Shown: positions 52,340 to 64,000 of the stretch, in pieces
Layout: each line of letters begins with the position of its first letter
Position numbering within the stretch: the first letter of the stretch is position 1
Origin: Mizuhopecten yessoensis
Taxonomy: Eukaryota
Direction of reading: 5' to 3'
DNA length: 64,000 nt
Assembly: GCF_002113885.1 (NCBI RefSeq)
Contig: NW_018405252.1
Coordinates: 187,992-251,991, forward strand
Made by a program: the position numbers and the translations under genes
Notes under the pieces: model-generated
What the model was told of the DNA's origin: nothing
The model's database searches: none
The model's input: only the letters and a program-made list of their open reading frames with translations

Positions 52340-52788
52340 ATATAATATAACACAGAGTTATCATCCAAACTGTATATAATATACAATACAGAGTATTAGC
52401 TATAGAGAATAGTGTTATAGTATAGGCTGTAGGTGTAATATATAATATAGCACGCAGTTATCATCCAAACTGTATATAATATACAATACAGAATATCAGC
52501 TATAGGCTGTATGTGTAATATTTAATATAACAAGGAGATATCATCCAAACTGTATATAATATACAATACAGAGTATTAGCTATAGAGAATAGTGTTATAG
52601 TATAGGCTGTATGTGTAATATATAATATAGCACGCAGTTATCATCCAAACTGTATATAATATACAATACAGAATATCAGCTATAGGCTGTATGTGTAATA
52701 TTTAATATAACAAGGAGATATCATCCAAACTGTATATAATATACACTACAGAGTATTAGCTATAGAGAATAGTGTTATAGTATAGGCT
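52340..52788. repeat. 180-bp tandem repeat (100+80 subunits, ~2.5 copies)
   Basis: tatcatccaaactgtatataatatac at 52359, 52459, 52539, 52639, 52719. Confidence 0.9.
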
Positions 52789-52940
52789 AGTCAAGGTCCA
52801 CTTTTTCCTTATATCCTTTACAATTCCCCTAAATTTATCCACCCACAAGTATCATTCGATATGATGCCGAAATGTACTTGACCAGTGGTTATAATGATGT
52901 TTTTATGTGTCTATATCACGTTGTCGTTATTTGTTTACAG

Positions 52941-53072
52941 TGGAGGAGAGCGACATCAGCGAGTTAGATAAACGCTACTGGGTATTAAAGTCGCAGTCCA
53001 AGAGCGGCAAGTTTGACGTTGAGACGTTCAAGGCCCTGGTGTGTCCACCAGTGCCAGAGTCTGTGTGTGAAG
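52941..53072 (+). CDS. USP32: USP32 exon 6 (LEESDISELDKRYWVLKSQSKSGKFDVETF...)
   Basis: tttacag|...G|gtaaag. Confidence 0.95.
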
Positions 53073-53489
53073 GTAAAGATCCACAGGCAAATGTAGGGTT
53101 TACAAAATAAGAAATATGGTGATGATTAAATAGTACTTATAGAATTGTTGAAGCTCTCTTCAAATGACTCATGTGTCATGTTTGATTTGTTTATGGATTG
53201 TAGAGGACTAACGGTGACAGCTGTTATCAAACCTTAATAACTGACTAAGACTGCTGGCTGTGAACTGAAGTTGACCAGCTACCTATAGCTAGTACCCTTG
53301 GTGAAATTAATAGTATTGTAAAAAAACCATAGTCTTTTGCCAAACCAAATTTTCATGTTCTTGGCTTTTAACTGGTACTTACTATAAAGTAGAAATACTT
53401 TTTTCTGTTGATGTCAAATTTAAATTCATCTCTTATAACTCAACTGATATGTTTTAAGTCTAAATATGTATTCTGTCTGTGGTTTACAG

Positions 53490-53597
53490 GTTTGTTTAAG
53501 GCATTTGATGAGAATCGTGACAATCATATTGACTTTAAAGAGATGGCATGTGGAATATCAGCGTGTTGTCGTGGACCCAGTACAGAGAGGCAGAAGT
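53490..53597 (+). CDS. USP32: USP32 exon 7, EF-hand (GLFKAFDENRDNHIDFKEMACGISACCRGPSTERQK)
   Basis: canonical EF-hand loop DENRDNHIDFKE; tttacag|...|gtaagt. Confidence 0.95.
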
Positions 53598-53750
53598 GTA
53601 AGTTTATAGTGATCCTCAATATTGCACGTCTTCACACCAAGGTGCTTAAATGTAACCAAAGTTCATTGCTCTCAGAGTATTTAAAACCCCTGGTGATCTT
53701 GGAGGCATTATTGGAGATCTCCTAGCTGCTTACTTGTATGTGTTTGATTG

Positions 53751-53886
53751 AATCACAGGGTTTCGGTACAAATGCCTGATATACACATATCCTGTACTGA
53801 TATGGGTCACAGCACAGATACGTGCTGTGACCCATATCACCATAGCGTTTGTGTATTTCAGACATTTGTAACAAACCCCTGTGATT
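53751..53886. repeat. hairpin/foldback element in USP32 intron 7
   Basis: perfect 18-bp inner stem 53798-53815 / 53822-53839 plus an imperfect ~37-bp outer stem. Confidence 0.8.
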
Positions 53887-54089
53887 GAATGCCTTGTTTA
53901 TGTCGAAGATGTTTACAGTCTTGATGACTTTGACATAATAAGTTTGGACTGTATATTTATAGTAAAATTAAAAAATTAAAATAAAATCATGTGTTTTGTA
54001 CAGATGATTGAAACCTAATTCTTCAAAATATGGTCATTGAATGTATATAAAAATATGATAAATGTTTAATTGAAATATTTGTGTTCCAG

Positions 54090-54205
54090 TTTGCTTTAAA
54101 GTATTTGATGCCAACCATGACAACAAGCTGAACCACGCTGAACTGAAGAGTATGCTCAATGCTTTACTACTCATCAGGTTTGAGAGCCGCAGTGGGGCCG
54201 AGCTA
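54090..54205 (+). CDS. USP32: USP32 exon 8, EF-hand (FCFKVFDANHDNKLNHAEL...)
   Basis: ttccag|...CTA|gtaagt; EF-hand loop. Confidence 0.93.
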
Positions 54206-54478
54206 GTAAGTATGGCACCACAGACGTAATGTTAACAGGACAGATAGGTTTACTCTGAGTATCATTGATCAGAGTTACTGCTTAGACACTTTCACACAAC
54301 AGATTATATATGTCTGAAAGCAAAGCATGAGTTTGTACATGTACATTAATATGACTATAAAATATTCAGAAATGAACACTATTTACGAAGATTTTTTTTA
54401 TCTTTTAAGTACTTGAAAATAAGGACATGCACTGTATGTAGGGGATATACTGGTAATGTTGTACTGTTTATTCTACAG

Positions 54479-54553
54479 GAGTCTGACATGTTCCACAAGA
54501 TGGATCCTCACTCGGTAGCCAGTGAGATTCTAGCCTGTCACGACACAGATAAG
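54479..54553 (+). CDS. USP32: USP32 exon 9 (ESDMFHKMDPHSVASEILACHDTDK)
   Basis: ctacag|...AAG|gtaggc; phase 0-0. Confidence 0.9.
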
Positions 54554-55189
54554 GTAGGCATTCAAAGACGTATTTCACGTAAATGTAGCACAGCTAGACT
54601 GGCCTGTAAAGATGTCTTGGCTAATACAGCACCCAATTAGAATTAAGACATCATGGTATTGTCCAGTTCAAATTTTATGGTCATGTGAGTGTCCTAGTAG
54701 AGTTCAGCTGGTCATGTTAGTGACCAATGATAGTTCGAATGAAGTAAAAGTGTCCAATTACATTTCAATGGTCATTGGAGCATCCAGTTAGATTTCATAA
54801 GGTCATAAGTTTATATTATGTTTTAGCCTTTTGTAGTTTGTCGACTTCTTTTATTGAAGTCAGATTTGTGATACTCCTAAACATGACTTGTGCTCCACCT
54901 GGAGGGAGCTTTCAGTGAGGTCTGGTTGTCAGTACAGTAACAATGATTATCTGTATAGAACGACTAATTTTATATGTTTATACAATACAACAAGTTAACA
55001 TGTTTTAATAAACATGTTTTAATAAACATGTTTAAGGGACTCAAGGACACATATGTGTCAAAAAGGGATAACGAAGAACAGGATAAACACCAGGTAAATC
55101 TGCACTGTATCTAGTATAACTGGTTTATATGTTATATAATCCCCAATATACCCAGTAATACAATATATATATATATAGAATCATTACCG

Positions 55190-55765
55190 AAGTATGTAAT
55201 ATAACCCCAATATAAATAATATAATCCCCATTTATAGTCTTAATGAAATATAATATCATCCCTGAAATATATAATATCATCCCTGAAATATATAATATTA
55301 TCCCTGAAATATATAATACAATCCCCATTTATAGTCCTAATGAAATATAATATCATCCCTGAAATGTATAATATAATCCCCATTTATAGTCTTAATGAAA
55401 TATAATATCATCCCTGAAATATATAATATAATCCCCATTTATAGTCCTAATGATATATGATATCATCCCTGAAATGTGTAATATAATCCCCATTTATAGT
55501 CCTAATGAAATATAATATCATCCCTGAAATATATAATATAATCCCCATTTATAGTCCTAATGATATATAATATCATCCCTGAAATGTGTAATATAATCCC
55601 CATTTATAGTCCTAATGAAATATAATATCATCCCTGAAATATATAATATAATCCCCATTTATAGTCCTAATGATATATGATATCATCCCTGAAATGTGTA
55701 ATATAATCCCCATTTATAGTCCTAATGATATATGATATCATCCTTGAAATGTGTAATATAACCGG
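55190..55765. repeat. 55-bp minisatellite
   Basis: atccccatttatagtc recurs at 55-nt period. Confidence 0.9.
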
Positions 55766-56315
55766 GTTATATATAATATTACCCCAGTATACAGTGTATG
55801 TAGTATAGTCCCAGTATACTGTGTCTGGTGGCAGGCTACATACCAGTCTCAGTGTAATCATGCAAATTTATGTGTAGAATGCTTACATTTCCCCTCTTTA
55901 AAAATTCAGACTTTCCTGCAAAGATTGAGGTTATCTGATGCTCTTTATAAAGTATCTGTCAGCAAGAATATTATGAATATTTCATTATTGCTCAGAACAG
56001 CTTGATTATAAATCTTACAGTTATTCCTTCTCATACATCAGTAATTTCTTCTTATACATCAGTAATTTCTTCTAATACATCAGTAATTTCTTCTAATACA
56101 TCAATAATTCCTTCTTATACATCAGAAAGAAATTTCTTGCAATGCATCACTTTTACTTTAGAAAATAAAATGTTATGAAGTGTATAATGGTGCCTTGTAA
56201 GCGATAGCTAGACAACCAGACTGGTTGTTGCTCGATGAACAAAAATTAAGTGTACTAAAAAAACACAAAAATTAAGTGTATTAAAAAAACACAAAAACTT
56301 TAATGACTGTTGCAG

Positions 56316-56399
56316 GATGGCTGTATCTCCATGGCAGAATACCTGGTATGGACAGTCAACAATACGCTGGCTGATGACTTCCTCGATCTCCTTAGTCAG
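56316..56399 (+). CDS. USP32: USP32 exon 10 (DGCISMAEYLVWTVNNTLADDFLDLLSQ)
   Basis: ttgcag|...CAG|gtaggt; first of 18 duplicated donors taken as the authentic one. Confidence 0.88.
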
Positions 56400-57848
56400 G
56401 TAGGTATATACACAACTAATAAATACCTGGTATGGACAGTCAACAATACGCTGGCTGATGACTTCCTCGATCTCCTTAGTCAGGTAGGTATATACACAAC
56501 TAATAAATACCTGGTATGGACAGTCAACAATACGCTGGCTGATGACTTCCTCGATCTCCTTAGTCAGGTAGGTATATACACAACTAATAAATACCTGGTA
56601 TGGACAGTCAACAATACGCTGGCTGATGACTTCCTCGATCTCCTTAGTCAGGTAGGTATATACACAACTAATAAATACCTGGTATGGACAGTCAACAATA
56701 CGCTGGCTGATGACTTCCTCGATCTCCTTAGTCAGGTAGGTATATACACAACTAATAAATACCTGGTATGGACAGTCAACAATACGCTGGCTGATGACTT
56801 CCTCGATCTCCTTAGTCAGGTAGGTATATACACAACTAATAAATACCTGGTATGGACAGTCAACAATACGCTGGCTGATGACTTCCTCGATCTCCTTAGT
56901 CAGGTAGGTATATACACAACTAATAAATACCTGGTATGGACAGTCAACAATACGCTGGCTGATGACTTCCTCGATCTCCTTAGTCAGGTAGGTATATACA
57001 CAACTAATAAATACCTGGTATGGACAGTCAACAATACGCTGGCTGATGACTTCCTCGATCTCCTTAGTCAGGTAGGTATATACACAACTAATAAATACCT
57101 GGTATGGACAGTCAACAATACGCTGGCTGATGACTTCCTCGATCTCCTTAGTCAGGTAGGTATATACACAACTAATAAATACCTGGTATGGACAGTCAAC
57201 AATACGCTGGCTGATGACTTCCTCGATCTCCTTAGTCAGGTAGGTATATACACAACTAATAAATACCTGGTATGGACAGTCAACAATACGCTGGCTGATG
57301 ACTTCCTCGATCTCCTTAGTCAGGTAGGTATATACACAACTAATAAATACCTGGTATGGACAGTCAACAATACGCTGGCTGATGACTTCCTCGATCTCCT
57401 TAGTCAGGTAGGTATATACACAACTAATAAATACCTGGTATGGACAGTCAACAATACGCTGGCTGATGACTTCCTCGATCTCCTTAGTCAGGTAGGTATA
57501 TACACAACTAATAAATACCTGGTATGGACAGTCAACAATACGCTGGCTGATGACTTCCTCGATCTCCTTAGTCAGGTAGGTATATACACAACTAATAAAT
57601 ACCTGCTATGGACAGTCAACAATATGCTGGCTGATGACTTCCTCGATCTCCTTAGTCAGGTAGGTATATACACAACTAATAAATACCTGCTGGACAGTCA
57701 ACAATATGCTGGCTGATGACTTCCTCGATCTCCTTATTCAGGTAGGAATATACACAACTAATAAATACCTGGTGTGGACAGTCAACAATACGCTGGCTGA
57801 TGCCTTCCTCAATCTCCTTAGTCAGGTAGGTATATACACAACTAATAA
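56338..57848 (+). repeat. 84-bp tandem array of the USP32 exon10/intron10 junction (18 donors)
   Basis: GT at 56400 + 84n (n=0-15), 57742 and 57826; unit is about 62 nt exon + 22 nt intron. Confidence 0.97.
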
Positions 57849-58027
57849 CAACTTACTCAAACTCCCTTTTCAGGTGCAGTAATTGAGAAGTTGAGCTGTG
57901 ATGGGCTAGTAATACTCTAATAATACCTCAATTTCAGCTCGAATCAAAGTCATTCGACACTGTCATGCTCTTATTATCAGGATCCTCGTTATATCAGTGA
58001 AATATTGAGCTATTTTTTTTCCTTCAG

Positions 58028-58089
58028 ATTTGCCATATAGTATTAGGACTAAAGCCTCAGAAAAGGGAAGAAGAAGGAAAAATTGTCAA
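58028..58089 (+). CDS. USP32: USP32 exon 11 (ICHIVLGLKPQKREEEGKIV)
   Basis: ccttcag|...AA|gtaagt; CHIVLGLxP motif. Confidence 0.93.
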
Positions 58090-58496
58090 GTAAGTCATTC
58101 ATCTGTGATAAAGTCTAGAGGATCTCAAATGAATCATTACTGAATTTATAAAGACATTTTGAAAATGTGTACCATTATATGTCTTAAAACATGAAAATAC
58201 CTTTAAATAGGAATGGTACAAAACCCCAACCCCAGACTGTTGTAAATGGTGGAGTTGTAATATAGTGTCCTTTTCTAAAATAAACAGTTAGTTTTGTGTA
58301 AAGGTAAGAGGTCTCAGGTAAACATTTCCTGTTACTAAAGTAAAACTGTTTTATCTATTGATTCGATAACATCACTGTTGATAAAAAAAAAATGAAAATG
58401 TACGGATTTCCAAGGATTGAATATAAAATGGAATTGATTCATGATGTAATAACCCAATTTTCCACTGAATCTGACTTGTTGATGAACACTTTACAG

Positions 58497-58602
58497 TGAC
58501 TGGCTGTCACGGGAGTCGCGGAAGCCGTTCCGTGTGGGACAGGTGTGGTACCTCTTAGCCATGCAGTGGTGGAACTCCTGGATAGAATATGTCAGTCCTA
58601 CG
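58497..58602 (+). CDS. USP32: USP32 exon 12, DUSP domain start (NDWLSRE...GQVWYLLAMQWWNSWIEYVSPT)
   Basis: ttacag|...ACG|gtgagt; DUSP WYLxxxxWWxxWxxYV motif. Confidence 0.93.
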
Positions 58603-59143
58603 GTGAGTTGTCTCCCTTCCATCTCATAGGCAAGATGATATTCTACAGAATTAAAAAAAGGCTTGACAACTTAATAAGTATATAGGTACATGTAGATTGT
58701 AATAAATGAAAATACTATTGTTTTCATTCCGAGTTTCGGGGGAACTCCTGGATAGAATATGTCAGTCCTACGGTGAGTTGTCTCCCTTCCATCTCATAGG
58801 CAAGATGATATTCTACAGAATTAAAAAAAGGCTTGACAACTTAATAAGTATATAGGTACATGTAGATTGTAATAAATGAAAATACTATTGTTTTCATTCC
58901 GAGTTTCGGGGGAACTCCTGGATAGAATATGTCAGTCCTACGGTGAGTTGTCTCCCTTCCATCTCATAGGCAAGATGATATTCTACAGAATTAAAAAAAG
59001 GCTTGACAACTTAATAAGTATATAGGTACATGTAGATTGTAATAAATGAAAATACTATTGTTTTCATTCCGAGTTTCGGGGGAACTCCTGGATAGAATAT
59101 GTCAGTCCTACGGTGAGTTGTCTCCCTTACATCTCATAGGCAA
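58571..59143 (+). repeat. 170-bp tandem array of the USP32 exon12/intron12 junction (4 donors)
   Basis: units start 58571, 58741, 58911, 59081; GT at 58603, 58773, 58943, 59113. Confidence 0.95.
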
Positions 59144-59293
59144 ACCGTTAACAAGTTTATAACTACATGTAGTATGTAATTAAAAGAAAAAAATCTGGTT
59201 TTAATTCTGAGTTTCAAATAGCCTTTACTTCCTCCCCAACTCAGTTGATAGAAATGAACTGATGTTCTATGTTGTTTGTCGCTCTGTGTTCAG

Positions 59294-59698
59294 GCAGTGG
59301 AGGCGAACGTTCTTTTGGACCAGAACGGGATTGAGAAGGGATCATTCCTGGACTCGCCAGTGCACCATAGAATAACTAAAGGAAAGCATCAATCAAAAAC
59401 ACTTCCCTGGGACGATGATTCTGTGATTGTTGTCAATGTCACCAAGGGAACTAACTCTGAACTCGGTGGTGCGACCAATCAAGTTCGTAACCACACGTTA
59501 CCTCGAGCGTCAAACCATAGCTCTGTGTATAGCAGCCCCCTCAGGCACTGTCTAAACCCAGGCGAGTCAACTGTGGTCAATCGTAGTCCTAGTCCCTCAC
59601 CTAAACTGCGGAAGAAAAATGTTCATTCTTGTAATTCTGTGCCCCCTCGACCAGGAGCTATCGACAACAGTCAACTGATAGCTCTCAATACCACCAAG
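59294..59698 (+). CDS. USP32: USP32 exon 13, Ser/Pro-rich DUSP insert ending RPGAIDNSQL..TTK
   Basis: ttcag|...AAG|gtaagt; 135 open codons; PGxIDN DUSP motif. Confidence 0.9.
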
Positions 59699-60131
59699 GT
59701 AAGTCAGCTCCCTCAATAAGGAGAAAGGGACAGTAATCACTTGAGAGCTTCAATAGGATTAATGCTAATGTGCTGCTAAAGTGGACATTTTCACAGTCTG
59801 AAAATGCTTGTTTATTGACCAGCTGGGTAAGGTCGTGGTTACTCTTGATTGATGTGAAGGAGAAATGAGCAGTCAGGAATGTATAGTTGAAGTTACAGCT
59901 AAGGAAAATAACTAACAAATCATTTGCTGTTACACAAATCTGTTAAAAGAAAATTTGTTAACATTTCTGTCGTGATATGGTCTTTTATCAACTCACTAAA
60001 TATTTACTTTATTAGTTTACTGTCAGCTATTATCGATATTAGATTTATACCTGAAACATTTGTATACACATTATTGGTTTTTGTTCCAATGCTGTGTTTA
60101 TTTTGGATACTCTCAATGGTCTTTCTTCAAG

Positions 60132-60272
60132 GTTTCATCATTAACAAATGAAGGGGGTCGTCTCAAAAGAGATACAATGTTAGTGAGAGGAAAAGATTTT
60201 GAGCTAGTCCCTGAGCCGGTGTGGCGAGCCCTGTCCGTGTGGTATGGCACCGACACACCGCTACCAAGAACT
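60132..60272 (+). CDS. USP32: USP32 exon 14 (VSSLTNEGGRLKR...DFELVPEPVWRALSVWYG..LPRT)
   Basis: uncommon AAG acceptor after ctttcttc; gtaagt donor; DUSP C-terminal motif. Confidence 0.92.
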
Positions 60273-60734
60273 GTAAGTATTGGGGAACTCTCCAGTCAAC
60301 ACACTTAGGTATACCATAAACGTATACCTTGAAAGGAGTGTTGTGATAGAAGTGATGATTGATACTGACCTCGCTAGGGACACATAGCAGGGATACAGGT
60401 GCCCTGTAGTAAGCAGGGTGCCTGTCTGTATGTCTTTCAGTCAACACTTCAGTTTCCAGAAATATCTCAGAATCTAGAAGTTTTGTAATTTTTAAAATTT
60501 TGCTTGATGATACATATGGTTATTAGCTCTATGTAGATGCACAATGGAGATTTTAAATGTTATTCTGCCAAAAATACATTGTAATGAGTTTTCTGACCCA
60601 TGGCCACCAGTGTTTAATTTTGGTGGAATATATAGTGTTTGCTGGCTATCCGACATAAATAACGCCATATTAATGACATCCAATGATCTGAGATAGCGAG
60701 CAGTCACGGTATCATTTTGTAGCAATAATATATA

Positions 60735-62023
60735 TATACAGGTGTAATATACTTTTTATACAGGTTTTATACATGTGATACACAGTCAAGTGTAACATAC
60801 ATTTTATACAGGTGTTATACAGGTGATATACATGTGATTCACACTCGAGTGTAACATACATTTTATACAGGTGTTATATAGGTGTTATACATGTGATACA
60901 CACTCGAGTGTAACATACATTTTATACAGGTGTTATATAGGTGTTATACATGTGATACACACTCGAGTGTAACATACAATTTATACAGGTGTTATACAGG
61001 TGATATACATGTGCTTCACACTCGAGTGTAACATACATTTTATACAGGTTTTATACATGTGATACACAGTCAAGTGTAACATACATTTTATACAGGTGTT
61101 ATATAGGTGTTATACATGTTATACACACTCGAGTGTAACATACATTTTATATAGGTGATATACATGTGATATACGTGTGATACACACTCGAGTGTAACAT
61201 ACATTTTATAAAGGTGTTCTACAGATGATATACATGTGATACACACCCGAGTGTAACATACATTTTATACAGGTGTTCTACAGGTGATATACATGTGATA
61301 CACACTCGAGTGAAACATACATTTTATACAGGTGTTCTACAGATGATATCCATGTGATACACACTCGAGTGTAACATACATTTTATAAAGGTGTTCTACA
61401 GATGATATACATGTGATACACACCCGAGTGTAACATACATTTTATACAGGTGTTCTACGGGTGATATACATGTGATACACACTCAAGTGTAACATACATT
61501 TTATACAGGTGTTATACAGGTGATATTCATGTGATTCACACTCGAGTGTAACATACATTTTATACAGGTGATCTACAGATGATATACATGTGATACACAC
61601 TCGAGTGTAACATACAATTTATACAGGTGTTATACAGGAGATATACATGTGATACACACTCGAGTGTAACATGCATTTTTATACAGGTGTTATACAGGTG
61701 ATATACATGTGATTCACTCTCGAGTGTAACATACATTTTATGCAGGTGTTATATAGGTGTTATACATGTGATACACACTCGAGTGTAACATACAATTTAT
61801 ACAGGTGTTATACAGGTGATATACATGTGCTTCACACTCGAGTGTAACATACATTTTATACAGGTTTTATACATGTGATACACAGTCAAGTGTAACATAC
61901 ATTTTATACAGGTGTTATACACGTGATATACATGTAATACACACTCGAGTGTAACATACATTTTATACAGGTGTTCTACATGTGATACACACTCGAGTGT
62001 AACATACATTTTTACAGGTGATA
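60735..62023 (+). repeat. ~59-bp minisatellite whose last unit is the USP32 exon 15 acceptor
   Basis: unit ctcgagtgtaacatacattttatacaggtgttatacaggtgatatacatgtgatacaca; final unit ...gtaacatacatttttacag|GTGATA. Confidence 0.95.
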
Positions 62024-62168
62024 GCCTCGGCAAACAATGATGGTATTCCAGAGCTGGAACTGTACCCTGTGACAGTACGACTACAGCGCCATCAGATGCC
62101 AAGTCAACGCCCCGCCCACATGACGACGTTTACCGGGATGATGTCAGGCATTGGTGGTATGGCATTAT
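62018..62168 (+). CDS. USP32: USP32 exon 15 (VIASANNDGIPELELYPVTVRLQRH...); gene continues beyond window
   Basis: tttttacag| acceptor; PELELYP motif; donor T|gtgagc inferred, so the 3' end is less certain. Confidence 0.85.
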
Positions 62169-63499
62169 GTGAGCATGCCCTAGCTTTCTTAGTCACTGTA
62201 ACATCCAGGTCTGCTGTGTCAAATACTGGCAAATTACTCCCAAGTTTAAACTTTGGCTACATATTTTCATTCCTCAAAATCATAATGATGATAACTGAAT
62301 GTATAACTGTAGGATTACTTAGACGGGAAATGCTGTATAAATTCATTAATAAATTGGACAGGTTTTCTGGGTGACATGCTTATTCCTTTAGGCATTTCTT
62401 AAGATTGACATTTATGGTCAATTCAAACTGTAAGTGACCATTGACCAAAGTATGAGTTATAGACTACATCAAATTTCTGTTAATGGTATCCTATAACTTC
62501 AATGCCTGTAGGAAATAAATGATTGAGGAGTAACAGGGAAGGTAACTCTAGGCGGTATCATAAGGATTGGTGTTTGTATAGCATGATAGTAAAAACAATC
62601 AAGGGGGGTTAGCATTGCTCAGTGATACCTCAGAAAATATAAACAAACAACAAGTAAAACTTGATTTAGAAAAGTATAACTTTACATGAAAATGGGTGAT
62701 CATTTCCCCATTTGTGAGGAAATTTTCACAAGTGAAATTATCATTGTAAGGACATACATTGGTATGATTAATGGTCAAAACAATCAGGGGACATTTGATT
62801 TGCTTGGCAATTTTTTTTTTACGAAGTTGATGATATTAAATCAGGTAGATCCGTAGATCCTAATTGGCTGATGTAGACACTGGATGTTACAGTAAATATT
62901 TGATGTGTAGATAAATCACAACCTGGTCATAACAGAACAGCAGTGAGATGGAATCTAACTGTACTGTAGGAAATTATACATGTTGTACTGAACAGAAGAT
63001 TTAAAGATTTTAGCACTATTTGTGCATTTGAATGATTCCATTACATATATATATATTTATATTCATAAAAGTGATAATTTAGATATTCGTAGATATTTTA
63101 GAAAAAAAAAATATGAAAGAGAAATCAAAATGCATTCGATAAAAATTGAATTATTGGGAGTAGAACCTGTATGAGTAGAACCTGTATGACCAGGTTTGTG
63201 TGATGTGCTATATATTGTGTCATTGTTACTGGTTAGCTCGTAGAAAATTCTAGTCTATGTCTGTTGTATCATAGAGTACTGGTTTGGTGGCACACAATAT
63301 TATTTAATTTGTTTTATTTATTTATTTATTTTTGTGTGAAAAATGCAATTTCACTCATTTCAATACTATTAGATCTGTCGGAAATGTTTGAGTACAAATG
63401 TCTGCTAGTGCTTTAGATTTAAATGACTTCCAATGTTCACAGTTTTGTTAAATTTGAAAATTCAATTATCCATGAGAATGACATTGCTGTGAAAATAAG

Positions 63500-64000
63500 T
63501 CTGTACAGTCAATATAAAACTCTATACAGTAGATAAATATCTGTATACAGTCAATATAAAACTCTATACAACAGATATATATGTATACAGTCAATATAAA
63601 ACTCTATACAGTATATATATCTGTATACAGTCAATATAAAACTCTATACAGTAGATATATCTGTATACAGTCAATATAAAACTCTATACAGTAGATATAT
63701 ATGTATACAGTCAATATAAAACTCTATACAACAGATATATATGTATACAGTCAATATAAAACTCTATACAGTATATATATCTGTATACAGTCAATATAAA
63801 ACTCTATACAGTAGATATATCTGTATACAGTCAATATAAAACTCTATACAGTAGATATATATGTATACAGTCAATATAAAACTCTATACAACAGATATAT
63901 ATGTATACAGTCAATATAAAACTCTATACAGTATATATATCTGTATACAGTCAATATAAAACTCTATACAGTAGATATATCTGTATACAGTCAATATAAA
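63500..64000. repeat. 40-bp minisatellite running off the window end
   Basis: unit tatacagtcaatataaaactctatacagtagatatatctg. Confidence 0.95.

Noticed and set aside
36438-57716. ORFs 36438-37637 (399 aa) and 56310-57716 (468 aa) as standalone repeat proteins
   Set aside because: They are USP32 exons 2 and 10 plus junction arrays; relevant only as possible splice variants
60273-62017. Intron gain by tandem duplication of an AGGT motif
   Set aside because: The intron has its own unrelated GTAAGT donor and unique 5' sequence, and junction positions appear to match vertebrate USP32 as recalled, so the arrays postdate the introns (needs alignment to confirm)
2975-64000. CRISPR-like appearance of regular repeats
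   Set aside because: No unique spacers, no cas genes, and a spliceosomal eukaryotic context

Overview
Eukaryotic (animal) genomic DNA, AT-rich and intron-rich, with two scaffold gaps. The repeat content suggests a bivalve mollusc, possibly a scallop (inference). Two + strand genes can be assembled by hand from GT-AG exons. (1) The 3' end of a PARN-family DEDDh nuclease with a C-terminal membrane anchor, i.e. PNLDC1/Trimmer (7 exons, 424-14074). (2) The 5' part of USP32 (15 exons, 21224-62168, continuing beyond the window), with a MGxxxS N-terminus, EF-hands and a DUSP domain. Introns and the intergenic spacer hold about 20 minisatellite arrays, several MITEs/foldback hairpins, and remnants of Penelope, CR1/L2, HERO-like and possibly Crypton-like elements, plus a small LTR element with tRNA-like LTRs. 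The most striking pattern is that at least seven tandem arrays are built from an authentic splice junction, producing runs of duplicated donors or acceptors. Two of these (72-bp and 84-bp units) are stop-free and in frame with USP32. A Penelope-type minimal hammerhead ribozyme motif lies in sense orientation in a PNLDC1 intron. Almost all long ORFs in the supplied track are satellite artefacts.
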